NCBI GenBank assembly: GCA_965655095.1
Contig: OZ296652.1
Span: forward strand, 35,836,001-35,900,000
Direction: 5' to 3'
DNA from: Haplodiscus bocki
Taxonomy: Eukaryota
Length of the DNA stretch: 64,000 nt
This document shows, in pieces, positions 63,701-64,000 of this stretch. Numbering within the stretch: position 1 is the first letter of the stretch; each line of letters opens with the position of its first letter. The position numbers and the translations under genes are program-made. The notes under the pieces are model-generated. The model had not been told where the DNA came from. It ran no database searches and worked only from the letters and a program-made list of their open reading frames with translations.

Positions 63701-64000
63701 CAAGAACTTCCACTTAAGAGCTTTGGCATTTTGCCATAAAACCTGAATCAAACTTGCCCTACCGCTTTCCAGATCCTCCATCCAGGTATTTTTCACTCGA
63801 ATTTACCAATATTTGACAATATATTACCGATAATCTTCCATAATGAACCTTCGGCTAAAAAAAGGAGTGAAAACGACTGTGATTTTCCAATCACAGGTTG
63901 AAATTCGTCACAATAGGAGTACGAAATATACCATCTATAATCCTCAGTAAAATCTTCAATTAGCTCACGTAGGTGTGCTTTTAACAACAGAAATCATAAC

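Noticed and set aside
63400-64000. Chain of short minus-strand ORFs at the window end
   Set aside because: No recognisable family; likely a decayed repeat.

Overview
AT-rich eukaryotic (animal-like) genomic window, mostly repeats, with one assembly gap (29114-29313). The left ~39 kb holds three Polinton/Maverick (adintovirus-like) endogenous viral elements in different states of decay. E1 (<1-~5569, minus) is nearly intact: major capsid, small core protein, minor capsid, a conserved structural ORF, packaging ATPase, a small membrane protein, two Zn-finger paralogs, and a broken ORF resembling poxvirus RNA polymerase subunit Rpo18/D7 (Rpb7 family). E2 (~14945-29113, plus) is a pseudogenised near-complete element: adenain protease, two minor capsids, ATPase, major capsid, integrase and protein-primed PolB. 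E3 (~30250-39100, minus) is heavily eroded, has E2's gene order, and is mostly invisible in the ORF track. The main candidate novel system: 7 of 9 E1 genes start within TAAATG, the poxvirus late-promoter initiator, and E1 also carries the Rpo18-like gene. Together these suggest an integrated Polinton-like virus that uses a poxvirus-like helper's transcription machinery (virophage-like lifestyle). The rest of the window contains LTR/Gypsy and LINE remnants, CACTG-ended MITEs, foldback elements and local duplications. All protein family calls come from manual translation and remembered motifs; no database search was run.
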